Part shown: positions 45,582-56,299 of the stretch, piece by piece
How positions within the stretch are numbered: position 1 is the first letter of the stretch
Layout of the letters: each line of letters starts with the position of its first letter
Assembly: GCA_964535655.1 (NCBI GenBank)
Contig: CAZHTP010000003.1
Span: 1,186-65,185 of the forward strand
Reading direction: 5' to 3'
DNA from: an uncultured Gammaproteobacteria bacterium
GTDB taxonomy: Bacteria; Patescibacteriota; Microgenomatia; JALYQM01
DNA length: 64,000 bases
Position numbers and translations under genes: made by a program
The notes under the pieces: generated by a model
What the model was told of the DNA's origin: nothing
Databases searched by the model: none
What the model saw: only the letters and a program-made list of their open reading frames with translations

Positions 45582-46909
45582 TGGAGATATCTGAGCCAAA
45601 GCACGAAAAAAGTGACAATTGAGTTAATAACGACAAGAGGAAGCCCAATCATTAAATATTTCATAAATGGAATATGTATGCCTTCTTTTTCTCCTTGCCC
45701 GAGAGCCACCACATTGCACGCAGCCCCAATTGGAGACCCAGCTCCTCCTAACGATGTTCCAAGGTTCAGTGCCCACCAAAGTGGGTATACTGCTAGGCCT
45801 TGGGCGGCCATTTGTTGCACTGCGCCGACCATCGTTATGTTATAGGGAACGTTATCAATAAAGGTTGAGATAATTCCTGACCCAATAGATAAGAAACCTA
45901 GTAAGTATGAAATATTTCCTCCCGTAACCGAGACTAAGGTTTGAGCTAGCAAGTCAATGACTTTTGTAAATTCGAGCGCACCAACTATTATGAATAACCC
46001 CGAGAAAAAGAAAATTATTTCCCAATCAATTAATCTTGAAAAAACTTCTTTAGGCTCGTTTCGAAACAGGAACATAACTAGGAAGGCGGCGCACAAGGAG
46101 ATGCTCGCATTATCAAGTGTTATGTTAAAAATATTTTTGATTGTCTCTTTTAAGACCATTAACAAAATAGTGAGGAATAAAATTGGTATACCAAATTTTA
46201 GTACTTTTTTGTTTTTTATTGCCGATTTTGGATCAAACAATGCTACATCGGACTCTGATATTTTAACTGCAGATAGTTGCTTCCGAAAAACAAGTATTAA
46301 GTACGTGATTGAAACTACCGAGAGAATTAGTACCGTTAAGCCTGAATTCTCTACTACTTCAAAAAACTTCAGCCCTACTACTTTTGCTTGATAATATGTG
46401 GTTGGATCCGAAATAGGTGACATTGCACCACCAATGTTTGCCATAGTAATTATTGCTATAAAATACGGCATGGCAGGGAGCTTTAGCTCTTTTATGAGGA
46501 CTAACAGAATTGGGGTTACGATCAAAACAGTTGGGATATTTGAAAGAGTGGCGGTCATGAATAAAGTTAAATAGCTCATGGCGATTAAGAGTGGAATTGG
46601 CTTTCCTTTAACTTTTTTTACTATCCAGATTGCTATTGCCTCGAATAGACCCGATTCTCTTACTATCCCCACCAGAATCATCATACCTACTACAAATCCT
46701 AATACATCCAAATTACGACTTATAAATTCGAAAGCCTGTTCTTGCGAGGTATGCGTTGCCGTTCTAAAAACCTGCATAAAAATTAGGAAACAAGCGCCAA
46801 ATACCGCAACAATTACCTTATTGATTTTTTCAGTAATAAGAAGTGAATAAACAACCACAAGCACTAGGATTGAAAGGAAAGAAAAAGAAGTTAAGGCGAT
46901 ATGCTCCAT
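45578..46909 (-). CDS. ArsB/NhaD/SLC13 (CitMHS) family permease
   Basis: ANIGGAMSPISDP, IDNVPY, LGGAGSPIGAACN; many TMs. Confidence 0.85.
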   Translation of the reverse strand: MEHIALTSFSFLSILVLVVVYSLLITEKINKVIVAVFGACFLIFMQVFRTATHTSQEQAFEFISRNLDVLGFVVGMMILVGIVRESGLFEAIAIWIVKKVKGKPIPLLIAMSYLTLFMTATLSNIPTVLIVTPILLVLIKELKLPAMPYFIAIITMANIGGAMSPISDPTTYYQAKVVGLKFFEVVENSGLTVLILSVVSITYLILVFRKQLSAVKISESDVALFDPKSAIKNKKVLKFGIPILFLTILLMVLKETIKNIFNITLDNASISLCAAFLVMFLFRNEPKEVFSRLIDWEIIFFFSGLFIIVGALEFTKVIDLLAQTLVSVTGGNISYLLGFLSIGSGIISTFIDNVPYNITMVGAVQQMAAQGLAVYPLWWALNLGTSLGGAGSPIGAACNVVALGQGEKEGIHIPFMKYLMIGLPLVVINSIVTFFVLWLRYLH

Positions 46910-46916
46910 ACTCTTA

Positions 46917-47372
46917 TTATTGCTGTAAATCCATTCCGAGAGCAAGGGCTTTTTTAATTTCGGTTCGAGTTATAATGCCAACTAACTTTCCGTTTTCAAC
47001 TACAGGCACTATATACAAATCATTTTTTAAAAAATCAGCGGTAACTGCAAGAATATTTGTTGACATTGTAACTTGAGTGTACGAAGTTCTCATAAGTTCT
47101 TTAACTTTTTTACCTTTTATAGACCGGCATTGCTCATGGAAAAATCCTTTTTTGTACATGGCTAAGGATAAATTAAGATTATCTTGAAATTCTATCGGTA
47201 CCGTGGCTGCTGCTACATCCTGAAGTGATAATATGCCAACAATTTTATTATTTTTATCGACGACAACATATCCATTATGATCGTTATTTAGTATACCTTT
47301 AACGGCCATTTCAATAGTTTGATCTTCGTTAATTGTAGTTACCTCGGGATGGTAAATATCTGATATAAGCAT
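46917..47372 (-). CDS. CBS-domain pair protein
   Basis: VVDKNNKIVGILS, VPVVENGKLVGIITRTEI. Confidence 0.88.
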   Translation of the reverse strand: MLISDIYHPEVTTINEDQTIEMAVKGILNNDHNGYVVVDKNNKIVGILSLQDVAAATVPIEFQDNLNLSLAMYKKGFFHEQCRSIKGKKVKELMRTSYTQVTMSTNILAVTADFLKNDLYIVPVVENGKLVGIITRTEIKKALALGMDLQQ

Positions 47373-47450
47373 TTAAAAGTATTATATACTCTTTTTATGG
47401 AGAAGGAATATGTCTGTGTGTTTGTGCCAAAGCATTAAACTTATTTGTAC

Positions 47451-47481
47451 AAAAAACTCCCGGGTTATCGGGAGTCTTTTT
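47451..47481. terminator. Intrinsic terminator
   Basis: AAAAAACTCCCG-GGTTAT-CGGGAGTCTTTTT. Confidence 0.75.
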
Positions 47482-47493
47482 ATATGTTTTTAA

Positions 47494-47953
47494 TCATTGA
47501 ATATCTATATTATTCTGCTTCGCCCAGACTTCAAGCTCGGTTCGCTTCTTAAGCGTAGCTGCTTTTCGCTCTTCGTGCGTCATATTTTTCATATTCTGCA
47601 TATCTGTTTTTTGTAAAGAAATTATTTCTTTATGTTTGGCTAAGATTAAGTCTTTTTGTGCCTTGGTAATTTTACCAATCGTAACATTCTGCGTTAGCTG
47701 TGCATCATATTTATTTTCTCGCTGTGCTTTCCTATCGGCATGGTCCTGGTCAAAAACTGCCTGAACGTCCGACTGATTTAAATTGAACTTTACTGAGATT
47801 TTTTGTACTAGTGAAGATACAGGATTTGCCGTATCAGTCGTTGCGGCACTTGTCGCTTTCGTGACTCCCAAAAAATCCAACCCCAGTAATTATTACAGCC
47901 AAAGTGGCAATTCCAATTTTTTTCTTAACATCTATGCTTTTATTCTTTTCCAT
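47494..47953 (-). pseudogene. Frameshifted secreted helical protein
   Basis: Signal peptide from ATG 47953 (MEKNKSIDVKKKIGIATLAVIITGVGF) is out of frame with ORF 47494-47880 at a 6-nt homopolymer (47870-47875). Confidence 0.6.
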
Positions 47954-47985
47954 ATAGTTACTTCTGTTTTATTACCTATAATTTA

Positions 47986-48065
47986 GACTTCCAGCCGGTT
48001 GTCTGCCCCCTTTGTCAGGGTAGACACACTGTACCAGTTGGACCTTGGGATTAGCTGAAAGACTC
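47986..48065. ncRNA. Candidate structured RNA/cis-element, family unknown
   Basis: GC-rich long hairpin in an AT-rich intergenic region; TATAAT at 47977-47982. Confidence 0.3.
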
Positions 48066-48066
48066 G

Positions 48067-49749
48067 TTATTTTAAATAGTGGTTCTGTAAATATTGCAAG
48101 TGTTGTTGTTTTTCTTTTTTAAATTTCTCACTATTTATATCTAAATCTGCAATGAGTTGTGATGCATACTGTGCTCCAAGGTAGTGAGGCATAATCACAT
48201 AATTTGCGCCTAGCTCATATAACTCTTGTGCGTGATGGATGGTATGGCTAAGGACCATAATAATTCCTTTTTTATTAACTCTTCGAATTGTTTTGACTAG
48301 CAGTTTACTTACGCGATCTTCCGGGATTGTCGAAACAAATAATTTAACATTGGCTAAATCGAGCTCTTCCAAAAATTCTATATCTTCGGCATCACCAAAT
48401 TTAAAAGGTATTCCTTCTTCGGTTAGTGTTTTAATTGATTCAGGATTAAAATCGATTACTACAAAAGGCCGATTATTTTTTTGAAACGCTTTAACAAATT
48501 CTTTTCCTACACGGTGATAGCCAAATAAAATAGCTTCGTAGGGATGTTCTTGTTCTTTAGTATGTTTATGCGTTTTCTTGAATTCAAACAGAGATAGCAA
48601 AGGAGATAGCTTTGTATATAGATAGTCATCGTGCATGATAAAATATGTAGATCCACCAATAGTTATTAGCCCAACAATCGTAATAATTGATAAAACTTCT
48701 TGATTAATCTGCCCTAACTGGAACCCCATCGTTGCAAGAATTAAAGAAAATTCGCTAATTTGCGCGACTGTTAATCCAGCTTTAAATCCTACTTTTTTAC
48801 TAAAACCTAACAAATTCATGATTACGATCATGATAATTGGATTACCAATTAATACAAAAAGGGAAAGAATTACAATTGGTAAAATTGTATTCTCTACATT
48901 GGTAAAAGTGATTTGAGAGCCGATTAAAATAAAGAACAAGAGAACAAAAAAGTCTCGAAGAGGCTTTAAACGGGAACTAATTTCATAGGCGTATGGAGTA
49001 ACTGCCAACGTAACTCCTGCAACAAGAGCGCCTATCTCGACTGAGAATCCTGCTAAATAAAAGAGTGTTGCAATGGATAATCCCCAACCAAGAGAAAAAA
49101 GAAACAATAATTCTTGGGACTGGGCGATCGAACGAATTGTTTTGCCTATAACATAATTACTAATGAAAATGATTCCAAAAGTTAAGGCAAAGCCCTTAAT
49201 TAGCGTTAAGCTAATAACGAGCCCGAGCTCACTTTGCGAAGAATTCTCTAATGTTGTAATCAATACTAATACAACTGTTGCAATGATATCTTGTACAACC
49301 AAAAGTCCGATGATTATTTTCGCGTACAGTGCGTTTATATCACCTTTATCAGACAATAACTTCAAAATTATAATCGTACTTGAGAAAGTAAGCGCAATGC
49401 TAACATAAAGCGCCGCCGTGTGATCTAATCCTAAGCTAATCGAAATAATAAACCCGATAAGGGTGGTAACAATAACTTGCGCTACTCCTGAGGCTATCGA
49501 AACTTTTCCAACCTCTTTAATAACTTGTGGGTTCAGATTTAGTCCGACTATAAATAGTAGGATTACTACGCCTATCTTCGAAAATATTTCGATTGTTGTG
49601 CCTGCCTTAATTACATCGAAAAAATATGGTCCACAGATTAGCCCTGTTAGAATATAGCCAATTATTAATGGCTGTTTCAAAAATCTAATTATCATAGCAA
49701 CTATCGTTGCAATAATAATTACAATACTTATTTCGAGAAAGATTTCCAT
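48067..49749 (-). CDS. CPA2 cation:proton antiporter with C-terminal TrkA-N/RCK domain
   Basis: QPLIIGYILTG, FSSTIII, VVQD, AQISEFS, FGYHRVG motifs. Confidence 0.9.
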   Translation of the reverse strand: MEIFLEISIVIIIATIVAMIIRFLKQPLIIGYILTGLICGPYFFDVIKAGTTIEIFSKIGVVILLFIVGLNLNPQVIKEVGKVSIASGVAQVIVTTLIGFIISISLGLDHTAALYVSIALTFSSTIIILKLLSDKGDINALYAKIIIGLLVVQDIIATVVLVLITTLENSSQSELGLVISLTLIKGFALTFGIIFISNYVIGKTIRSIAQSQELLFLFSLGWGLSIATLFYLAGFSVEIGALVAGVTLAVTPYAYEISSRLKPLRDFFVLLFFILIGSQITFTNVENTILPIVILSLFVLIGNPIIMIVIMNLLGFSKKVGFKAGLTVAQISEFSLILATMGFQLGQINQEVLSIITIVGLITIGGSTYFIMHDDYLYTKLSPLLSLFEFKKTHKHTKEQEHPYEAILFGYHRVGKEFVKAFQKNNRPFVVIDFNPESIKTLTEEGIPFKFGDAEDIEFLEELDLANVKLFVSTIPEDRVSKLLVKTIRRVNKKGIIMVLSHTIHHAQELYELGANYVIMPHYLGAQYASQLIADLDINSEKFKKEKQQHLQYLQNHYLK

Positions 49750-49788
49750 AGTATAATTGAGTTTATTATATAATGGTATGATTTTACA

Positions 49789-50613
49789 ATGAGACGACCC
49801 CGCGCTCGTTCAACTCTCTCCCGTATTCTCTATCGTTTACACCCTGACAGGCCCAAAGTTGGTGCAGAATTATTACAAGTGCAATCTAAGGCAAAACAAC
49901 AATTTTTTTTATCGGGACAGCGATTACGAATTGTTTCCTGGAATACACACAAAGGCACGCGTTCAGGATATCGGGAGCACTTAGAACGAGAAGTTTTGGG
50001 TGCAGACTTGATATTGCTTCAAGAGTTCAAGCAAGGGCAAGCATTTGACTCTATTCACCAAACTGTATTTCATGACAAAGATTCCTTAATGGCAGTAAGT
50101 TATTTCACTTTACAAAGTAACCTTTCTCCTACCGGAGTATATACGGCATCTACCGTTCCTCACTCTCAGGCAGTTGTTGTAACCTCTCGTTCACTTGAGC
50201 CACTTACTAAGACCCCTAAAATGGCCCTCTGTTCCTGGTATCCGCTACATAATTCATATGATTCAGTACACTCTTTACTTGTTTTGAACTGTCATGGCAT
50301 AAACTTCAGGCTGCGCAAGTCTTTTGAATCGCATATGTCACAACTGCGTGAACAACTTACGCAACATATGGGCCCTATAATTTTTATTGGCGACTTTAAC
50401 ACTTGGGAATCCGGTAGGGAAAGAATACTTGATAGTCTTGCTGGTGAATTATCTTTACAACAGGTTCAATTCCCTAGAGGTATAAAACGAGTCGGCTCAC
50501 ATGAATTGGATCGTGTATATGTAAGAGGTGGAGTCTGTGAAAATTGCCGAGTATCAATTAATAGACATGCTTCTGATCATTCTCTGCTTTCTTTCGATTT
50601 TATTCTTGCATAA
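49789..50613 (+). CDS. Endonuclease/exonuclease/phosphatase family (YafD-like)
   Basis: VSWNTHK, LLQE, HGINF, GDFNTW, LDRVYVRG, SDH motifs. Confidence 0.88.
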   Translation: MRRPRARSTLSRILYRLHPDRPKVGAELLQVQSKAKQQFFLSGQRLRIVSWNTHKGTRSGYREHLEREVLGADLILLQEFKQGQAFDSIHQTVFHDKDSLMAVSYFTLQSNLSPTGVYTASTVPHSQAVVVTSRSLEPLTKTPKMALCSWYPLHNSYDSVHSLLVLNCHGINFRLRKSFESHMSQLREQLTQHMGPIIFIGDFNTWESGRERILDSLAGELSLQQVQFPRGIKRVGSHELDRVYVRGGVCENCRVSINRHASDHSLLSFDFILA

Positions 50614-51023
50614 GAGATGAGTACATCTTTACTCGGAACGTATTCTAAGGAAGCAGAATTGATACAATACCGCTCTCCGGTTGGTGGAGGACCATCATTA
50701 AAAACATGACCCAAATGGGCTCCGCAATTGCTACACTCTACTTCTGTTCTTTGCATACCAAAACTGTTATCGTCAATCCGTTCAATATTGGCGTTTTTAT
50801 CTTCCTGAGAGAATGCGGGCCATCCACAATGTGCTTCAAACTTGTCGGCAGAATGAAAGAGTACTTTTCTACAATTAGAACACGCAAAACTTCCCGGTTC
50901 CCAAAAATCATCGTATTTACCGGTAAATGGCGCTTCAGTACCTCTCTCACGGGTCACTTGGTATTGTTCGGGCGTTAATTTTTCTTTCCAATATGAATCA
51001 GGCACGTTCTTAAAATCTGTCAT
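50577..51023 (-). CDS. msrB: Peptide-methionine (R)-S-oxide reductase
   Basis: GTEAPFTG, CGWPAF, AHLGHVFNDGP, RYCINSASL. Confidence 0.95.
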   Translation of the reverse strand: MTDFKNVPDSYWKEKLTPEQYQVTRERGTEAPFTGKYDDFWEPGSFACSNCRKVLFHSADKFEAHCGWPAFSQEDKNANIERIDDNSFGMQRTEVECSNCGAHLGHVFNDGPPPTGERYCINSASLEYVPSKDVLISYARIKSKESRE

Positions 51024-52201
51024 GAGTCTCCTTTTGATGGGCGAGCTTTAAGGTACCATGCTGATAATAAAGTAGAAACAGGTACCCCGAGAATGAGAGC
51101 AATACTACCAACCACAGTACGAACAATTTCTTCTACAAATTGCTCACTATTTAGTATTGCCCACAATGGTTGCCCGTGCGGTTGAGAGAGCAAAATAAAG
51201 AGTGGTAATGATGCTCCTGCATAGGCCAAAAATAATGTATTAACTAAGGAGGCGATATGTTCATGACCAACATTGATCCCCCGATTGTATAGATCAGTAA
51301 AACTTAACGACGGATTCGCTTTACTGATTTCATCGACAGCTGCCGCTTGACTGGTAGTGATATCGTCTAACACTCCAAGAGTACCAATTAGGATTCCGCC
51401 CAACAACAATCCTTTTAAGTTAACACTTCCTAGTGCTCCCGCCTGGAGAAACATCGCTTCTTCGCTGCCTAATCCGTTGAGTTGAGTCATATTAACAGCA
51501 AGCCTTGCTAATAGAATTGAAATTCCTAAGGTACCCAAAGTACTAACCAGGGCAACTGTAGTTCGTTTATTAAAACCATGTGCCAGATAAAGAGAGATGA
51601 CAGCAATTAGTAAGATTCCCACTAAGGTTACAAAAAAAGGATTACTTCCTCCAAGAATTTGCGGAATAATATATTGCACGATAATGAGAACACTCACTCC
51701 CAAACCTACCGTTGCCATTACACCTTTTAATCGTCCGAATGCTACGATAAGAATAAAGAAAGCCACCAGAAGCACTATCACGGAGTGTAATCTATACCGA
51801 TCGCTAATTACGTACGTCGCTTCCGCGCCAGTTTGAGATTTCATCACAACAACAGTTTCACCTTGCTTAGGAACGGAAATAGTATCTTTAGCATCTGCTT
51901 GAGTATATTTTATAATAATCGTTTTATTTTTATCGGGTCCATCAAGAAGTTGTACCGAGATATCTTGTGAAATGGATTTAAATCCTTGAAACTGGCTAAT
52001 GGTTGCCTTGCCTACTTTAAGGATTTTAGCCGTATAGAATTCGTCTTTGGGGAACACCTCGGGAACCTGCGCCTCAGGCTCACCAGAGTTGGTAGCAGGT
52101 ACGCCTTCTATTGCACTATCTTGTTGAGCCCTTACCGGCACAGAAAATAGGGAGGAACAGAGCAATAGACTTAAAATTAAGACAATTACAATTCTTTTCA
52201 T
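51020..52201 (-). CDS. YibE/F family membrane protein
   Basis: LGVLDDITTSQ, HIASLVNTLFLAYAGASLP, EIVRTVVGSI. Confidence 0.88.
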   Translation of the reverse strand: MKRIVIVLILSLLLCSSLFSVPVRAQQDSAIEGVPATNSGEPEAQVPEVFPKDEFYTAKILKVGKATISQFQGFKSISQDISVQLLDGPDKNKTIIIKYTQADAKDTISVPKQGETVVVMKSQTGAEATYVISDRYRLHSVIVLLVAFFILIVAFGRLKGVMATVGLGVSVLIIVQYIIPQILGGSNPFFVTLVGILLIAVISLYLAHGFNKRTTVALVSTLGTLGISILLARLAVNMTQLNGLGSEEAMFLQAGALGSVNLKGLLLGGILIGTLGVLDDITTSQAAAVDEISKANPSLSFTDLYNRGINVGHEHIASLVNTLFLAYAGASLPLFILLSQPHGQPLWAILNSEQFVEEIVRTVVGSIALILGVPVSTLLSAWYLKARPSKGDS

Positions 52202-52221
52202 TTGTCTATTATAACTTTTTA

Positions 52222-52641
52222 TCATTGACAATGCAGGCAAAGACCGAAAAATTCTAACGTATGACTTTTAATTTTAAATTTACTTTTTATCTTTACTTTT
52301 TGCTCAATCTCCTGTAAATCATCTTTTATAATGATATCCTCAATATGATCGCATTTTTCACAAATTAAGTGATGGTGATGTTCGCGGGAAGATAATTCGT
52401 ACCGTTTACGCACATCGCCGAAATCCAAACTATCAAGATAACCCAGCTCTACTAGCGAATCTATTTCGCGATATATGGTAGTTTTATTGGGATTCATTCC
52501 ATCTTTGGAAAGGAAGTCCAGTATATCGTTTACTGACAAGGGGCGCGCATGATTAAAAAATAGATTAAGCAACGCTTTTCTATATCTTGTTACTTTTAAT
52601 CCACTCTCTCTTAATCGTGCAAGAATTTCATCGGTATCCAT
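52222..52641 (-). CDS. Fur family regulator (probably Zur)
   Basis: GLKVTRYR, TTIYR, HHHHLICEKC, FGLCLHC; divergent from Zn ABC genes. Confidence 0.88.
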   Translation of the reverse strand: MDTDEILARLRESGLKVTRYRKALLNLFFNHARPLSVNDILDFLSKDGMNPNKTTIYREIDSLVELGYLDSLDFGDVRKRYELSSREHHHHLICEKCDHIEDIIIKDDLQEIEQKVKIKSKFKIKSHTLEFFGLCLHCQ

Positions 52642-52660
52642 GAAATAATGATACCATTTA

Positions 52661-52675
52661 TGCAACTAACTTGCA
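52661..52675. promoter_or_regulatory. Candidate Fur/Zur-family operator
   Basis: Inverted repeat TGCAA-CTAAC-TTGCA in the divergent promoter. Confidence 0.55.
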
Positions 52676-52704
52676 AATTATTTTTTTTTGTATACAATTG
52701 ATTA

Positions 52705-53613
52705 ATGAAGAAATTAAGTCTTTTGATCGTGATGCTTATTTTACTTACCTTTGGGGCATTTGTTATCGATCGAGTATATAGGACGACCAACACCACTTCT
52801 AACAAAATGCAAATTGTAGCAACCTTTTACCCTTTGGGTGAGTTTGCCCAAGTCGTGGGAGGAGAGTTAGTTAGCGTTACCGTCTTGGTACCTCCCGGAA
52901 GCGAACCACACGACTTTGAGCCGACACCTAAGCAAATTGCAAATCTCTTGCGTTCACAAATCTTTATTTATAATGGTGCAGGATTTGAACGATGGGTAGA
53001 TAAAATACTACCTCAATTACAGGCTAAGAATATACCTATTATAAACGCCAGCTCTACTGTTTCGCTTGAAGCCGCTGATCGGACTCAAGTTAATCCACAT
53101 TTTTGGCTTGATCCTGTTTTAGCACAACACGAAGTTGCCGAAATCCGAGATACTCTTATGCGTATTGATCCGATCCATGTAGAAACTTATAAGAAAAATG
53201 CTTCGCAGTATCTATCACAACTTTCAGCCCTCGACGCCGAGATTCGTACTGGACTGACAAATTGTAATAAGCGTATGGTTATCGCGTCTCATGATGCCTT
53301 CGGGTATTATGCAAAGCGCTATGATATCGAAGTTACGGCAATTTCTGGCCTTTCTCCGGATGATGAGCCGTCACCTGCAAAAATGGCGGCAATTGCAAAT
53401 TTAGCACGCACAAATAATATAAAGTACATCTTTTTTGAGTCTTTAGTTACCCCTCGATTATCCGATACAATAGCTATGGAAGTAGGCGCACAGACATTAG
53501 TATTTAACCCATTAGAAGGATTATCTTCAAGCGAAATCACAATGGGCAAGAATTACTTTAGTATTCAAAAGGATAATTTGCAGAACTTGAAGACTGCACT
53601 GGAGTGTAATTAA
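52705..53613 (+). CDS. znuA: Zn/Mn ABC transporter substrate-binding protein
   Basis: EPHDFEPTP, NPHFWLDP, SHDAFGY, NPLEG motifs. Confidence 0.85.
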   Translation: MKKLSLLIVMLILLTFGAFVIDRVYRTTNTTSNKMQIVATFYPLGEFAQVVGGELVSVTVLVPPGSEPHDFEPTPKQIANLLRSQIFIYNGAGFERWVDKILPQLQAKNIPIINASSTVSLEAADRTQVNPHFWLDPVLAQHEVAEIRDTLMRIDPIHVETYKKNASQYLSQLSALDAEIRTGLTNCNKRMVIASHDAFGYYAKRYDIEVTAISGLSPDDEPSPAKMAAIANLARTNNIKYIFFESLVTPRLSDTIAMEVGAQTLVFNPLEGLSSSEITMGKNYFSIQKDNLQNLKTALECN

Positions 53614-54371
53614 TGGAGCATCTCGTACATTTTGAACATGTTCATTTTGCTTACAACGGGGAAGAAGTTCTTTCGGATATTTCTTTGGATATCGATAAGG
53701 GAGATTTCCTAGGGATTATCGGCCCAAACGGCAGTGGTAAAACAACGTTGCTGAGGTTGTTACTTGGACTTTTGCACCCCCAACAAGGAAGAATCTCTTT
53801 ATTTAACACTGCAGTGCAAAATTTTCATAATTGGACAAAGATTGGATATGTCCCGCAAAAAGCTACTCAGTTTGAATCGAAAATACCAGTCACCGTCCGT
53901 GAAGTAGTTGGCATGGGCAGGGTTGCGAAAGCAGGGCTTTTTAAACGTTTATCTTTGAACGACTATCATGCCATTGATTCAGCTTTAGAAGCTGTGGGAT
54001 TAAAAAACTTTGACGAGCGGTTGATTACCGAACTTTCAGGAGGGCAGCAGCAACGGGTTTTTATAGCTAAAGCGCTTGCTAACGAGCCAGAGCTACTCAT
54101 TCTTGACGAGCCTACTGTTGGTGTAGATATTGAAGTTCAGGATGAGTTTTATCAATTGCTGGCTGAACTAAATAAAAATTCGCTTAACAGGAATCCATTA
54201 ACTCTTATCATTGTCTCTCATGATATCGATGTAATTGTTAACGAAGTAAACAAAGTTGCCTGTCTAAATAAAACTCTGGTTTATGAGGGAACGCCGAAAG
54301 ACTTTATTAAAGAAGATTATATAGAAAAATTATACGGTAAAACACGCAAATTTATTTTGCATGCACACTAA
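53613..54371 (+). CDS. znuC: Metal ABC transporter ATPase
   Basis: GPNGSGKT, IGYVPQK, LSGGQQQR, LDEPT. Confidence 0.85.
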   Translation: MEHLVHFEHVHFAYNGEEVLSDISLDIDKGDFLGIIGPNGSGKTTLLRLLLGLLHPQQGRISLFNTAVQNFHNWTKIGYVPQKATQFESKIPVTVREVVGMGRVAKAGLFKRLSLNDYHAIDSALEAVGLKNFDERLITELSGGQQQRVFIAKALANEPELLILDEPTVGVDIEVQDEFYQLLAELNKNSLNRNPLTLIIVSHDIDVIVNEVNKVACLNKTLVYEGTPKDFIKEDYIEKLYGKTRKFILHAH

Positions 54372-54375
54372 ATAT

Positions 54376-55176
54376 ATGTTGGAAATATTTGAGTATGATT
54401 TCATGATCAGGGCTTTTATTGTTGGAAGTACTATTGCCTTTATTGCGCCAATGATCGGAATTTTTCTTGTTAGCAAGCGTTATTCGCTGATGGCGGATAC
54501 TCTTTCGCATGTTAGCTTAGCAGGAGTAGCACTAGGATTGTTGCTCAATATTTATCCTGTGTATACTGCTTTACTTGTTTCAGTGATGGCGGCAATTTGT
54601 ATTCAGAGATTAAGCCGCTCCAGAAAAATTTCAGGTGAATCGACCCTGGCATTGTTCCTTTCTGGAGGGTTGGCTGTGGCAACGGTATTAATTAGTTTCG
54701 CACGAGGTTTTACTGTAGACCTTTTTTCTTACTTATTTGGAAGTATAACTACTGTTTCAACTGGGGATGTCCTTATCACTTTAATACTTGCCTTTATTGT
54801 TGTCTGTGTCATTATGATTTTATACAAACAACTATTTTACGTAGCATTTGATGAAGAGTCTGCACGAGTAAGTGGTTTACCAGTATCGCAAATAAATTAT
54901 ATTTTTATGATATTGGCCGCAGTTACTATTGCACTGGCAATTAGAATAGTTGGGGTATTACTTATTAGTGCGCTTATTGTTATACCAGTCTTAAGCGGAT
55001 CACTCGTAGCGCGAAGTTTTAAGCAAACCTTGCTTATATCAATTGTTTTTAGCTTATTTGTCGTTCTTACTGGTTTATTTTTATCTTACTATTTTAATTT
55101 AGCTGCAGGCGGAGCTATCGTTTTACTTTCGCTTATTGGATTTGGATTTTTTCACTTGCTCTCTCATGCTTCTTAA
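54376..55176 (+). CDS. znuB: Metal ABC transporter permease
   Basis: DTLSHVSLAGV, YLFGSI, FDEESARVSG. Confidence 0.85.
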   Translation: MLEIFEYDFMIRAFIVGSTIAFIAPMIGIFLVSKRYSLMADTLSHVSLAGVALGLLLNIYPVYTALLVSVMAAICIQRLSRSRKISGESTLALFLSGGLAVATVLISFARGFTVDLFSYLFGSITTVSTGDVLITLILAFIVVCVIMILYKQLFYVAFDEESARVSGLPVSQINYIFMILAAVTIALAIRIVGVLLISALIVIPVLSGSLVARSFKQTLLISIVFSLFVVLTGLFLSYYFNLAAGGAIVLLSLIGFGFFHLLSHAS

Positions 55177-55195
55177 ATTTGGTATACTCGTACGT

Positions 55196-55825
55196 ATGAA
55201 GAAAATAATTATTGCCCCTTTAGTATTATTAACTATTATATTGGCAGGTTGCACTGGTAATCAGGCAAAGCCGACAAGTAAGCCGGTTGTTACCATTGAA
55301 CCATTGCCAATAGCCACACCGGAGATACGGAATATGAACCGAGATACTGTTACTGTTGAAACAAACAAAGGTACTATTGTAATTGAAATGTATAACGAAG
55401 ACGCTCCCAAAACCGTAGCGAACTTTGAGAAGCTCGCTCAACAGGGTTTTTATAATAACTTAACATTCCACCGAGTGATAAAAGACTTTATGATTCAAGG
55501 TGGAGACCCCAGTGGTAATGGGACAGGTGGACCTGGATATAAATTTGAAGATGAACTTAACCCAAACGCAGAATCGTATAAGCGAGGTTATAAAAGGGGT
55601 GTTGTAGCAATGGCCAATGCCGGTCCGAATACCAACGGAAGCCAATTTTTTATAATGCATAAGGATTATCCGCTACCTAATGCTTATACCATATTTGGTC
55701 ATGTAATCTCTGGTCAGGAAGTTGTCGATGAAATTGCCCGAACAGAGACAGATATGAGCGACAAACCTAAGGAACCAGTTGTTATGAAGACCCTTAGCGT
55801 TGACCCGGCTACGGGTAAAAAGTAA
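55196..55825 (+). CDS. Cyclophilin-type peptidyl-prolyl isomerase lipoprotein
   Basis: LAGC lipobox; FHRVIKDFMIQGGDP, AMANAGPNTNGSQFFI. Confidence 0.92.
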   Translation: MKKIIIAPLVLLTIILAGCTGNQAKPTSKPVVTIEPLPIATPEIRNMNRDTVTVETNKGTIVIEMYNEDAPKTVANFEKLAQQGFYNNLTFHRVIKDFMIQGGDPSGNGTGGPGYKFEDELNPNAESYKRGYKRGVVAMANAGPNTNGSQFFIMHKDYPLPNAYTIFGHVISGQEVVDEIARTETDMSDKPKEPVVMKTLSVDPATGKK

Positions 55826-55876
55826 CCAAATCACTTAGATTTGGATCCGTTCCTGCATTGCTTGTGTGATACCAAT

Positions 55877-56293
55877 TCATTTTGTATCCAATTTTTCAAG
55901 AATGGAGATTATTTTATCTAGTTTCTCAATTTCAATTCTTGAAAGAGCTTGCTGCAGCTGCTCTATCTCTTTTTTAGCCTTTATATTCGTATGAAAATCT
56001 TCTTCTGCTTGCACTCGATCACGGTCTGCCTGGCGATTTTGCGCCATCATAATAATTGGTGCTGCATACGCAGCTTGAGTTGAGAAAAGTAAGTTTAGGA
56101 GAATAAATGGATATGGGTCCCAATGCTGAAATAACGCAATCAAATTAATTATAATCCAAAATCCGACAAAGATAGATTGGGCAATAATAAATGTCCAACT
56201 CCCCATTCCATTTGCTACTCCATCGGCAATTCTTTGCCCTATAGAAAGCTGCTCTTTATGTTTGCTGTGCCAGTTTTTTTCTTGGTGATCCAT
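55877..56293 (-). CDS. DUF1003 membrane protein
   Basis: GSWTFI, WDPYPFILLNL, AYAAPIIMMAQNRQ. Confidence 0.9.
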   Translation of the reverse strand: MDHQEKNWHSKHKEQLSIGQRIADGVANGMGSWTFIIAQSIFVGFWIIINLIALFQHWDPYPFILLNLLFSTQAAYAAPIIMMAQNRQADRDRVQAEEDFHTNIKAKKEIEQLQQALSRIEIEKLDKIISILEKLDTK

Positions 56294-56299
56294 ATATTA

